Positions 30,281-38,623 of a stretch of DNA of 64,000 nt are shown here, piece after piece. Each line of letters opens with the position of its first letter. Positions within the stretch are counted from its first letter, which is position 1. Both the position numbers and the translations under genes were made by a program. The stretch spans positions 87,059 to 151,058 of the forward strand of contig CAYXRC010000003.1 of assembly GCA_964466295.1 (NCBI GenBank), read 5' to 3'. The notes under the pieces were generated by a model. It searched no databases and had not been told where the DNA came from. It was given only the letters and a program-made list of their open reading frames with translations. The stretch is from an uncultured Ruminococcus sp. (GTDB taxonomy: Bacteria > Bacillota > Clostridia > CAKSNL01 > HGM11501).

Positions 30281-30318
30281 AAGACTTTTATCGGCTAAAA
30301 CCGATAAAAGTCTTTTTA
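30281..30318 (+). promoter_or_regulatory. leader-embedded intrinsic terminator (attenuator); candidate riboswitch expression platform
   Basis: aagacttttatcgg ctaaaa ccgataaaagtctt followed by TTTTT. It lies between the promoter and the AAGGAGG ribosome-binding site of the oadB-like gene. Confidence 0.6.
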
Positions 30319-30347
30319 TATGAGATATTTTAAGGAGGTTTTTTTCA

Positions 30348-31475
30348 TTGGCTGATTTATTTTCCAACGTGCTTAACATAACCTGGCAGCAGGCTGTTAT
30401 GTGGGCTATCGGTGCGGTTTTAATATTCCTTGCCATAAAAAAGGATATGGAGCCGTCGCTTCTTTTGCCCATGGGCTTTGGTGCCATACTTGTCAATCTG
30501 CCTATGTCCGGAGCGGTTGACCAGATTTATGACGGCGTTACCGAGCCCGGCATTATAGACGTTTTATTCAAGGCAGGAATTGCAAACGAGCTTTTCCCTC
30601 TTCTGCTCTTCGTGGGAATCGGAGCGATGATAGACTTCGGTCCTCTTCTTTCCAATCCCAAGCTTATGATTTTCGGCGCCGCCGCCCAGTTCGGAATCTT
30701 TTTCACGTTAGGGCTTGCCACGCTTTTGGGCTTTGACATTCCCGATGCGGCCTCTATAGCCATAATCGGTGCCGCCGACGGTCCCACATCTATATTTGTA
30801 GCAAACTATTTTAATTCAAAGTATATAGGAGCAATAATGGTCGCCGCATACTCATATATGGCGCTCGTGCCCATAATACAGCCGCCTGTTATAAAGGCTC
30901 TTACCACTAAAAACGAACGGCTTATTAAAATGCCCTATGAGCAGAAAAGCATATCTAAACGTACAAGAATACTTTTTCCCATTGTTATAACCGTAATCAC
31001 CGGAATTGTCGCTCCCAGAAGCGTTGCGCTTATCGGCTTTTTAATGTTCGGCAATCTAATAAGAGAGTGCGGAGTGCTTGATTCCCTTTCCGAAACTGCG
31101 CAGAAGGTGCTTGCAAATCTCGTAACACTGTTTTTGGGCATTACCATCGCAACAAAAATGCAGGCCGAATACTTCCTTACAAAGGAAACGCTTATGATAA
31201 TAGCCTTGGGGCTTGTAGCGTTTATTTTCGATACGGCCGGCGGTGTTCTTTTCGCAAAATTCTTAAACCTTTTCTTAAAGAAGGATAAAAAAATAAATCC
31301 CATGATAGGCGCCGCAGGAATATCGGCATTCCCCATGTCTGCCAGAGTTGTCCACAAAATGGGTCTTAAAGAGGACAACCAGAACTTTCTTCTTATGCAT
31401 TCTATCGGCGTAAACGTATCAGGACAGATAGCCTCGGTAATAGCCGGCGGTCTTATCTTAACTCTTTTGGGTTAA
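30348..31475 (+). CDS. Na+-translocating decarboxylase beta subunit (OadB/GcdB/MmdB family)
   Basis: 375 aa with a TTG start. There is extensive identity to OadB-family blocks (EPSLLLPMGFG, GIGAMIDFGPLLSNP, GAAAQFGIFFT, IGAADGPTSIF, AAYSYMALVPIIQPPVIKALTTKNER). Confidence 0.85.
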   Translation: MADLFSNVLNITWQQAVMWAIGAVLIFLAIKKDMEPSLLLPMGFGAILVNLPMSGAVDQIYDGVTEPGIIDVLFKAGIANELFPLLLFVGIGAMIDFGPLLSNPKLMIFGAAAQFGIFFTLGLATLLGFDIPDAASIAIIGAADGPTSIFVANYFNSKYIGAIMVAAYSYMALVPIIQPPVIKALTTKNERLIKMPYEQKSISKRTRILFPIVITVITGIVAPRSVALIGFLMFGNLIRECGVLDSLSETAQKVLANLVTLFLGITIATKMQAEYFLTKETLMIIALGLVAFIFDTAGGVLFAKFLNLFLKKDKKINPMIGAAGISAFPMSARVVHKMGLKEDNQNFLLMHSIGVNVSGQIASVIAGGLILTLLG

Positions 31476-31489
31476 AGGAGGGCTATAAA

Positions 31490-31624
31490 TGAAAATAAAC
31501 GTACAGGCATTTTTAGATATACTTCCGGTTATCTTAAAGGGTATCGCCGGCGTATTCATCGTAACAGCCGTAATTATTTTAACAATGATTATATTAAATA
31601 AAACAGGTGCCAAAAAAAAATGAC
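31490..31624 (+). CDS. 44-aa OadG-like small membrane peptide (not in the supplied ORF track)
   Basis: Sequence MKINVQAFLDILPVILKGIAGVFIVTAVIILTMIILNKTGAKKK. The G..GVF single-transmembrane pattern resembles decarboxylase gamma subunits. An AGGAGGG ribosome-binding site is 8 nt upstream, and the gene follows oadB directly. Confidence 0.45.
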
Positions 31625-31636
31625 AAAAACAAAAAG

Positions 31637-31662
31637 CCGGAGCGGTGTTTTCACCGCTCCGG
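31637..31662 (-). terminator. perfect palindrome ccggagcggtg-tttt-caccgctccgg; oriented as a terminator for minus-strand (tsaD) transcripts
   Basis: 11-bp GC-rich stem with a 4-nt loop. It is preceded on the + strand by an A-run, which reads as a U-run after the hairpin on the minus strand. An identical copy lies at 31907-31932. Confidence 0.55.
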
Positions 31663-31663
31663 T

Positions 31664-31693
31664 CAGCGTGTCGATAAACCTATCGACACGCTG
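31664..31693. repeat. perfect palindrome cagcgtgtcgata-aacc-tatcgacacgctg
   Basis: 13-bp stem with a 4-nt loop, directly abutting the previous hairpin. Confidence 0.5.
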
Positions 31694-31785
31694 GCAGACA
31701 TCGAAAAAGGACGGTAAATTTGTTCAAAACGGTCTCGTCGGCGTATATAGATACGGTAGAGAGCGTTTTGGACGAAAGCAAGCAA

Positions 31786-31815
31786 AATGCCTGAAATGCA
31801 CGCATTTCAGGCATT
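31786..31815. repeat. perfect palindrome aatgcctgaaatgc-ac-gcatttcaggcatt
   Basis: 14-nt inverted arms in the middle of the convergent intergenic region. Confidence 0.5.
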
Positions 31816-31906
31816 AACTTTATTTTAGTTTTGTTAAGCGTAAAATTTCTTAAATCGGCGTTAATAACAACTTGCTTGCGGTTGACCGACTTTTTCGACA
31901 GTCTGG

Positions 31907-31939
31907 CCGGAGCGGTGTTTTCACCGCTCCGGTTTTTTT
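31907..31939 (+). terminator. second copy of the ccggagcggtgttttcaccgctccgg hairpin followed by T7; terminator for + strand (oadB-oadG) transcripts
   Basis: Identical 28-bp sequence gccggagcggtgttttcaccgctccggt, followed by ttttttt. It abuts the tsaD stop codon. Confidence 0.6.
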
Positions 31940-31941
31940 CG

Positions 31942-32937
31942 CTACAGACTTAAAGCAGGATATGCGTTAAGGTCGTCCCCTGCCGTTTCGCCTGAGTATT
32001 TATATTTAAAATAGCCTGCCGCAGAAATCATAACGGCGTTGTCCGTGCAAAATCTTAAGGGCGGATAAAACACCTTTATGTTTTCTTTTTTTGCGGCCAT
32101 GTCCATCTCAAGGCGCAGACGGGAGTTTGACGCCACGCCCCCTGCAAGGCAAAGCTTATCGGCTCCGACTTTTTTTGCCGCACTGACTGTTTTTTCAACC
32201 AAAACGTCCACCACCGCTTTCTGAAAGCTTGCGGCAATATCGTTTACCGGTATAGGCTCGCCCTTTTGCTCCATTTTGTGCACATTATTGATAACGGCGG
32301 TTTTAAGTCCGCTGAAGGAAAAATCGCTTCCGGTCTTTGCGTGCGGAAAGCTAAAGGCTTTATCGTCCCCTTCCCTTGCCGCCATGTCCACCTTAGGTCC
32401 GCCGGGATAACCGAGTCCTATTACCCTTGCAACCTTATCAAAGGCTTCGCCTGCCGCATCGTCCTTAGTCGCTCCCAGCACATCAAACTCCGTATAGCTT
32501 TTTATATTAACTATATGACTGTGTCCGCCTGACGCCACAAGGCAAACAAAAGGTGGGGTAAGCTCCTGAAAAGCCACATAGTTTGCGGATATATGTCCCA
32601 CAATGTGATTTACCGGTATCAGCGGCTTTTTCCACGTATATGCAAGGGATTTTGCCGCAGATACGCCCACAAGAAGCGCCCCCACAAGCCCGGGACCGCA
32701 GGTAACGGCTACGGCGTCTATATCGTCCTTACTCATATTTGCATCGGAAAGTGCCTTGTCTATAACGTAAAGTATTTTCTCTATATGTCTGCGGGATGCG
32801 ATTTCAGGCACTACTCCGCCGTATTTTGAATGAATATCCGCCTGAGAATATATTACGTCCGAAAGCACCGTTCTTCCGTCTTTAGTGATTGCCGCCGCTG
32901 TTTCATCGCATGAGCTTTCTATTCCTAAAACTATCAT
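31942..32937 (-). CDS. tsaD: tRNA N6-adenosine threonylcarbamoyltransferase
   Basis: 331 aa beginning M.VLGIESSCDET, the Kae1/TsaD family signature. Confidence 0.9.
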   Translation of the reverse strand: MIVLGIESSCDETAAAITKDGRTVLSDVIYSQADIHSKYGGVVPEIASRRHIEKILYVIDKALSDANMSKDDIDAVAVTCGPGLVGALLVGVSAAKSLAYTWKKPLIPVNHIVGHISANYVAFQELTPPFVCLVASGGHSHIVNIKSYTEFDVLGATKDDAAGEAFDKVARVIGLGYPGGPKVDMAAREGDDKAFSFPHAKTGSDFSFSGLKTAVINNVHKMEQKGEPIPVNDIAASFQKAVVDVLVEKTVSAAKKVGADKLCLAGGVASNSRLRLEMDMAAKKENIKVFYPPLRFCTDNAVMISAAGYFKYKYSGETAGDDLNAYPALSL

Positions 32938-33380
32938 TGTTTTTCTCCCTGTAATTTTTTTCTGAATAATACGGCGTCTTCCTTGCCGCCGTAGTAATTT
33001 TTTCTTATTCCGTAAGCTTCAAATCCGTATTTTTCGTAAAGATTTATTGCCGGAAGATTACTCTTTCGCACCTCTAAAAAAAGCTCTTTAGCTCCGCTTG
33101 CCTCTGCGGCCGACAAAAGCGCCTTTATAAGAGCGCTTCCGGCTCCGCTTCGCCGTTTTTCTTTGGTTACGGCGATTTTCATTATTTCCGCTTCCTCCGC
33201 TAAAGTCTTTATTCCTCCGTATCCAACCGTTCTTTGTTCCTCTTTTACCGTAAAGTAAACCGAGCGTTCGGATTTGAGCTCTTCTTTTAAGGTTTCTCTG
33301 CTCCACGGATCGGAAAAGCATTCGTTTTCGATAAGAAAAACATCCTCAAAATCAGTATCTATGTATTTTGATATATGCAT
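32934..33380 (-). CDS. rimI: ribosomal-protein-alanine N-acetyltransferase (GNAT)
   Basis: 148 aa GNAT acetyltransferase, translationally coupled upstream of tsaD in the conserved rimI-tsaD arrangement. Confidence 0.8.
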   Translation of the reverse strand: MHISKYIDTDFEDVFLIENECFSDPWSRETLKEELKSERSVYFTVKEEQRTVGYGGIKTLAEEAEIMKIAVTKEKRRSGAGSALIKALLSAAEASGAKELFLEVRKSNLPAINLYEKYGFEAYGIRKNYYGGKEDAVLFRKKLQGEKQ

Positions 33381-33411
33381 ATATAAGCTCCCCTATGTTA
33401 TTAGGCTGTTA

Positions 33412-34407
33412 TCACAAAAACATACCGCCTGCCGCCTTGTAGAGCCTGTTTTTAAGAGCGTCGGAAACGTCAAAGCCGCCCTTTGGGTCTATTGCAAGAA
33501 TATTTTTCGCTTTCTTTTCGTCGGCAAGCCTTAAAAGATAAAACAGTCTGGCGGCATAGTCAGAATCGTCCTCGCCGCAGGATAAAAAAAGCTTATCCTT
33601 ATAGCGCTCTGCCTTATCAGAATAGTCGATAACGGCGGTATCTACTCCGAACCCCTCCGCTTTTATCTCTAATCCGTCCTTCACAACATATACCTTTGCC
33701 GAGGGAGCGTAATGCTTATACTTCATACCCGGGCTTTTCGGCACTCCTTTTCCGCCTCCGCCGTACTCTGAGTCCGGCAAAAGCTCTCTTACCATTTCAA
33801 GGCTCACCGCACCGGGTCTTAATATCTTCGGAATTTCTCCGCTCATATCTATTACCGTTGATTCCACCCCGTATTTTGAAGCACCCGAAGAAATTATGCA
33901 GTCAATGCGCCCGTCAAAATCGGAAATAACATGCCTTGCCAAGGTAGGGCTCGGACGTCCTGAAATATTTGCGCTCGGTGCCGCAATTCCCGTCCCCGAC
34001 GCCTTTATAAGAGCATGCGCCACGGGATGAGACGGAAGTCTTATCCCAACGGTATCAAGCCCGGCGCTTACTAAAGAGCACGCCTTGTCACTTTTTTTCA
34101 TTATTATGGTAAGAGGACCGCCCCAGAATTTATCCATAAGCTTTTCTGCGTCGGTAGGAATATTTTTTACATAACGCTCGCACATAGCAATATCCGATAC
34201 ATGAACTATTAATGGGTTGTCCGACGGACGTCCCTTTGCCGCATAAATGCTCCTTACCGCCTCTTCACTATCTGCGTCGGCCCCCAAGCCGTACACCGTT
34301 TCTGTCGGAAATGCCGTAAGGCGGCCTTTTTTTATAAACGACGCCGCCCGTTCTATTTTAAAAGGGTCTATATTAAGCTCGTCAATTTCCAATATTTCAG
34401 TTTTCAT
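33412..34407 (-). CDS. tsaC: L-threonylcarbamoyladenylate synthase (YrdC/Sua5 with C-terminal Sua5 domain)
   Basis: 331 aa with the YrdC motif TETVYGLGADA, KGRP.DNPLIVH and a C-terminal extension of about 120 aa. Confidence 0.85.
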   Translation of the reverse strand: MKTEILEIDELNIDPFKIERAASFIKKGRLTAFPTETVYGLGADADSEEAVRSIYAAKGRPSDNPLIVHVSDIAMCERYVKNIPTDAEKLMDKFWGGPLTIIMKKSDKACSLVSAGLDTVGIRLPSHPVAHALIKASGTGIAAPSANISGRPSPTLARHVISDFDGRIDCIISSGASKYGVESTVIDMSGEIPKILRPGAVSLEMVRELLPDSEYGGGGKGVPKSPGMKYKHYAPSAKVYVVKDGLEIKAEGFGVDTAVIDYSDKAERYKDKLFLSCGEDDSDYAARLFYLLRLADEKKAKNILAIDPKGGFDVSDALKNRLYKAAGGMFL

Positions 34408-34425
34408 TATGTTCTCCTTCTAACT

Positions 34426-35028
34426 TTAAAGCGCCAGATAGCCTGCGGCAATTCCCATGAATGCCGAAAGTACAATTATAGCTATCGGGTGAAGCTTTTT
34501 ATAGGCTAAAAATGCCGCAAATGCGAAAATCACGGCAGAAAGGATAAATTCCCTGCTTACGGAAAACGGAGCATTTACTGAAAATACCGTCTTTCCTACA
34601 CTTATTACAGCCGCACCGATAAGTCCTATAACCGCCGGCTTCAAGCCTGCCATCAGCCCTTTAACCGCACTGCTTTTATTAAATCTTTCATAAACCCTTG
34701 AAACTGCTAAAATAATTAAAAACGAGGGCAAAACCACTCCCATAGTAGAAGCAAGAGAGCCTAAAAGGCTTCCGAAAGCACCTTCTTTTGCACCTATCAC
34801 ATTTCCTATATAAGTTGCAATGTTTACTGCGAAAGGTCCGGGTGTAGACTCGGATACGGCAACGAAGTTAACGATTTCCTCTGCGGTGAGCCACCCTTTT
34901 TTTATTACCTCCTCTTCAATTAAAGGAAGCATGGCATAGCCGCCGCCGAAAGTAAACGCACCGATTTTAAAAAACGACAAAAAAAGCCTTAAATACGTCA
35001 CCGCTTTTCTCCTTTCCCTGTTTTCCAT
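34426..35028 (-). CDS. chromate transporter ChrA, short-chain half (distal)
   Basis: 200 aa hydrophobic protein with the FGGGYAM..L motif. It pairs with the upstream half. Confidence 0.75.
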   Translation of the reverse strand: MENRERRKAVTYLRLFLSFFKIGAFTFGGGYAMLPLIEEEVIKKGWLTAEEIVNFVAVSESTPGPFAVNIATYIGNVIGAKEGAFGSLLGSLASTMGVVLPSFLIILAVSRVYERFNKSSAVKGLMAGLKPAVIGLIGAAVISVGKTVFSVNAPFSVSREFILSAVIFAFAAFLAYKKLHPIAIIVLSAFMGIAAGYLAL

Positions 35029-35564
35029 GAAAGAAAAGCTGTGTATCCAAGCCCCAAAGCCGCGCAGAGGGCTATAATCAAAAGCACATTAACGTCAAAA
35101 AACGCTGCGGCAGCAAAGGTTAAGACAGCCGTTATATAGGAAAACAAATTTTTCGGCATTTTCCCGTACATCATGAAAAACGCTTTTATTATAAGCGCAA
35201 GCACTCCGGCTCTGATTCCGAAAAAGGCATATTTAACGGCTTCAATATGAGAAAATTTATCAAGCACGGACGCAAGAGCCGATATAATAATAAATGAAGG
35301 CATAACTACCCCTAAGGTTGCGGCCGCCGCGCCCATAGCGCCGGCCGTCTTATATCCTATAAACGTTGCGGCGTTTATTGCGATAGGACCGGGCGTTGAT
35401 TCTGCCACGGCGATTATATTCAGCATATCCTCTTCATTTATCCATTTTCTATTATCAGATGCTTCCTTTTTTATAAGAGGAATCATGGCATAGCCCCCTC
35501 CGAAAGTGAACGCACCGATTTTAAAAAACGACAAAAAAAGCTGTCCCGTTTTCTTTATATCCAT
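34998..35564 (-). CDS. chromate transporter ChrA, short-chain half (proximal)
   Basis: 188 aa with FKIGAFTFGGGYAMIPLI. Tandem paired short ChrA genes are a known arrangement. Confidence 0.75.
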   Translation of the reverse strand: MDIKKTGQLFLSFFKIGAFTFGGGYAMIPLIKKEASDNRKWINEEDMLNIIAVAESTPGPIAINAATFIGYKTAGAMGAAAATLGVVMPSFIIISALASVLDKFSHIEAVKYAFFGIRAGVLALIIKAFFMMYGKMPKNLFSYITAVLTFAAAAFFDVNVLLIIALCAALGLGYTAFLSWKTGKGEKR

Positions 35565-35683
35565 AATTCTTCACCTTTAACTATCTTTTTTTAGTATATC
35601 ACACAACAGCTCTAAAATCAATTATCCAGCGAAAATTATTTTATGTATAATTTTTAATATATATTCTTTTTTATCAAAAAGGC

Positions 35684-35714
35684 TTGACTTTATCCTACGG
35701 AAAGGGTGTATAAT
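35684..35714 (+). promoter_or_regulatory. sigma-A promoter with extended -10 (TTGACT ... TGTATAAT) for the MATE gene
   Basis: ggcTTGACTttatcctacggaaagggTGTATAATgg. The spacer of about 19 bp is compensated by the TG extension. Confidence 0.5.
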
Positions 35715-35749
35715 GGACATATCATTATACAAAGGAGCTTTTTTATTTT

Positions 35750-37093
35750 ATGGAAAGAGATTTGACAAAAGGGAGCATTGTCAAAAACATAGCGTATTTT
35801 TCACTTCCGTATTTTCTTTCATATTTTCTGCAGACGCTCTACGGTCTTTTTGACCTTTACATAATAGGACGCTTCGGAGAGGTTTCCGACACCACGGCGG
35901 TTTCTTTGGGCGGACAGGTTATGCATATGATAACCGTTATTATAGTGGGGCTTGCTATGGGTGTAACCGTAACCGTCGGAGTAAATACCGGCGCAGGAAA
36001 GCCTAAAGATACCGCCGATACCATAGGGAATACCGTTACATTATTTTCTATTATTTCAATATGCTCTACCGTCCTTTTACTTATTTTTGCGCCGTCAATT
36101 GTATCTTTCATAAAAACTCCTAAAGAGGCGGTAAACGGAACGCTTTCCTATCTTTTAATATGCTTTGCCGGTATCCCTTTTATCAGTGCATATAATGTGA
36201 TAAGTGCAGTGTTCAGAGGGCTTGGAGATTCAAAAAGTCCCATGTATTTTATAGCCGCAGCATGTTTTTTTAACATTGTACTTGATCTTTTCTTTATAGG
36301 CGTTCTGGATATGGGACCTACGGGTGCGGCTTTAGGCACAACCCTTTCCCAGACCTTAAGCGTCATAATATCTTTAGTCTTTATATTAAAGCGAAAATCC
36401 GGCATACGCCTTACGCCTGAGAGCTTCAAATTTCGTGCGCAGGTAATGGGAAATATCTTAAAAGTAGGCTTTCCCGTTGCCGTACAGGACGGCTTTATAC
36501 AGGTTTCGTTTATGCTTATAACAGTTATAGCCAATCAGCGAGGGCTTAATGACTCCGCCGCAGTCGGGATAGTGGAAAAAATCATAAGTATTCTTTTCCT
36601 TGTTCCCTCCTCCATGCTGTCCACCGTTTCCGCTCTTGCCGCTCAGAATATCGGTGCCGAGCGCATTGACAGAGCAAAAAAGACTCTTTTATACTGCACG
36701 GCGTTCACCGTCGCTTTCGGAGTTTTAATATCGTCGGTTACAGGTATTTTTTCTGAATATGTCGTCGGTCTTTTCACAAATAGCAAAGAAGTAATAAGAT
36801 TGGGCGGTCAGTATCTTTGCTCTTATGTATGGGACTGTGTATTTGCCGGAGTTCACTTTTGCTTCAGCGGATACTTCTGCGCCTCGGGAAGATCCGGCAT
36901 ATCATTTCTGCATAATTTTCTCGCCATTATCCTTGTAAGAATACCGGGCGCATACTTTGCCTCCGCTCTGTACCCCGACACCCTGTTTCCCATGGGAATT
37001 GCCGCTCCTGCCGGTTCTCTTTTATCTGTAATTATATGTGCCATAGCTTATATGTGGCTTAACGGAAAAAGTCCTAAGGTTAAAAGCCGCTGA
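35750..37093 (+). CDS. MATE family efflux transporter
   Basis: 447 aa with 12 predicted transmembrane helices and a MATE N-terminal pattern. Confidence 0.8.
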   Translation: MERDLTKGSIVKNIAYFSLPYFLSYFLQTLYGLFDLYIIGRFGEVSDTTAVSLGGQVMHMITVIIVGLAMGVTVTVGVNTGAGKPKDTADTIGNTVTLFSIISICSTVLLLIFAPSIVSFIKTPKEAVNGTLSYLLICFAGIPFISAYNVISAVFRGLGDSKSPMYFIAAACFFNIVLDLFFIGVLDMGPTGAALGTTLSQTLSVIISLVFILKRKSGIRLTPESFKFRAQVMGNILKVGFPVAVQDGFIQVSFMLITVIANQRGLNDSAAVGIVEKIISILFLVPSSMLSTVSALAAQNIGAERIDRAKKTLLYCTAFTVAFGVLISSVTGIFSEYVVGLFTNSKEVIRLGGQYLCSYVWDCVFAGVHFCFSGYFCASGRSGISFLHNFLAIILVRIPGAYFASALYPDTLFPMGIAAPAGSLLSVIICAIAYMWLNGKSPKVKSR

Positions 37094-37115
37094 TTTTAAG
37101 TATATATAAGCTTTA

Positions 37116-37152
37116 AAAAACTCCGTCGGCTATAAAACCGACGGAGTTTTTT
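37116..37152. terminator. bidirectional terminator
   Basis: aaaaaactccgtcgg ctataaaa ccgacggagtttttt. Confidence 0.8.
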
Positions 37153-38479
37153 AATATCTTCTGCCTGAATTTTCCGCTCTTTTTCTCATTCTTTCTTTTC
37201 TTCGCTTTTCGTACTCAACCTGCCTTATAATAATCAAAATAACTACTGCCGCCAAAAGTATTGCCGCAAAGATTCCGACTATTTTTCCCATGCTTGAGAA
37301 GAATGCCGAGCTCCATGAGTATTCATAATTTTTATCAACGGTTAAATCAACCTCGCCGATTTTTTCTCCGTTTAAGCTTACGGTTATAACCCCGACCTTC
37401 TCACCCTCGGTAATCGGAGCCTTAAGAGGAGCGTCAAGGCTAACCTTAGTTTCGAGTGAAGAAATATCCTCGCCTTTTTTGCTTAAAACCGAAAAGTCAG
37501 AGCCGGCAATAAGCTTTGCCGTCTTTGCGCCTTTTGCGTATTTTATAGCTTTTTCGTCCGCAATCTGACCGGTCTTTACCAACGTGGTATTTTCGTAATT
37601 TTCAAATCCCCATTCAAAAAGAGCCTTTGTATCGGGATATGACATATTCACTCCGTTTATGTTGCTTGCTCCCAAAATTACGGATATAAGCCTTACCCCG
37701 TCCTTTTCCGCCGAGCCCACAAGACAATGCAGAGCCGCGTCTGTATATCCTGTCTTTATCCCGGTAGCAAGGCTGTAATAATAGTCGCCTGTTCTTTCCT
37801 TTGTAAGCATATTATTGGTATTTATAAAATACCGTCTGTCGCTGCACTTTTCCGTTGCCGGAAGCTCAAAGCTTGTCATCTTAACCGCTTCTCTGAAGGT
37901 TTCGTTCTTCATTGCGTAGCATGCTATCTTGGCCATATCCTCCGGCGTTGTATAATGGTTTTCGTCCGTAAGCCCGTGAGGATTTGAAAAATGAGTGCCC
38001 TTTAAGCCCAGCTCGTCCGCCTTTTTGTTCATAAGCTCCACAAATGCGTCAACACTGCCGGAAACAGCCTCCGCCAGGACATTTGCCGCATCGTTTCCGG
38101 AGGCTACCATCATGCCGTTTATAAGGTCGATATTTCTAAAGCTTTCGCCCTCGTAAAGACCAAGCTTACTGCTATCCCAGGAAATTGACATTACGGCGTA
38201 ATTGCTTACCTGAGAATACGCCTCCATATCAAGATTTTCAATTGCTAAAATTGCCGTCATTATTTTAGTAGTGCTTGCCGGATATTTCCTTACATCCGAA
38301 TTTTTTTCCAAAAGTACCTCGCCGTCATCCATATTTACAAGTATGTAATTTTCGGAGGATACCGAAAGCGTATTTGTCTGACCGTCTACCCCCTCCGCTT
38401 CGTCCGGAGCGGCTTTAGGATATAAAATAAACGTCATGACAAAGCACATAATAAGCGCCAATAATCTTTTTTGTTTCAT
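37151..38479 (-). CDS. D-alanyl-D-alanine carboxypeptidase (PBP5/DacA-like serine peptidase)
   Basis: 442 aa with a signal peptide, the SxxK active site (PASTTK), an SGN motif and a KTG motif. A C-terminal domain and a final transmembrane anchor follow. Confidence 0.8.
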   Translation of the reverse strand: MKQKRLLALIMCFVMTFILYPKAAPDEAEGVDGQTNTLSVSSENYILVNMDDGEVLLEKNSDVRKYPASTTKIMTAILAIENLDMEAYSQVSNYAVMSISWDSSKLGLYEGESFRNIDLINGMMVASGNDAANVLAEAVSGSVDAFVELMNKKADELGLKGTHFSNPHGLTDENHYTTPEDMAKIACYAMKNETFREAVKMTSFELPATEKCSDRRYFINTNNMLTKERTGDYYYSLATGIKTGYTDAALHCLVGSAEKDGVRLISVILGASNINGVNMSYPDTKALFEWGFENYENTTLVKTGQIADEKAIKYAKGAKTAKLIAGSDFSVLSKKGEDISSLETKVSLDAPLKAPITEGEKVGVITVSLNGEKIGEVDLTVDKNYEYSWSSAFFSSMGKIVGIFAAILLAAVVILIIIRQVEYEKRRKERMRKRAENSGRRY

Positions 38480-38623
38480 AAATTCCCTTCTCTTTCGCTT
38501 GATATATTAAGTATACATCAAACTGCGACTTTTATCAAGCTTTTTTTCCAAAGCCTTCTTTTGATTTTAAAAGCAGTATTCCCTTTATTATCAGCAAAAG
38601 AAGGTTAACCGAGGCGGAATTTG

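Noticed and set aside
31620-31817. 65-aa plus-strand ORF downstream of oadG-like peptide
   Set aside because: Its reading frame simply runs through three perfect palindromic hairpins and it has no ribosome-binding site. Structured RNA or terminators explain the sequence better.
34998-35028. 31-nt overlap of the two chrA half genes
   Set aside because: This is most likely an over-extended start of the downstream half in the six-frame track. Paired short ChrA genes are a normal arrangement and not a frameshifted full-length gene.
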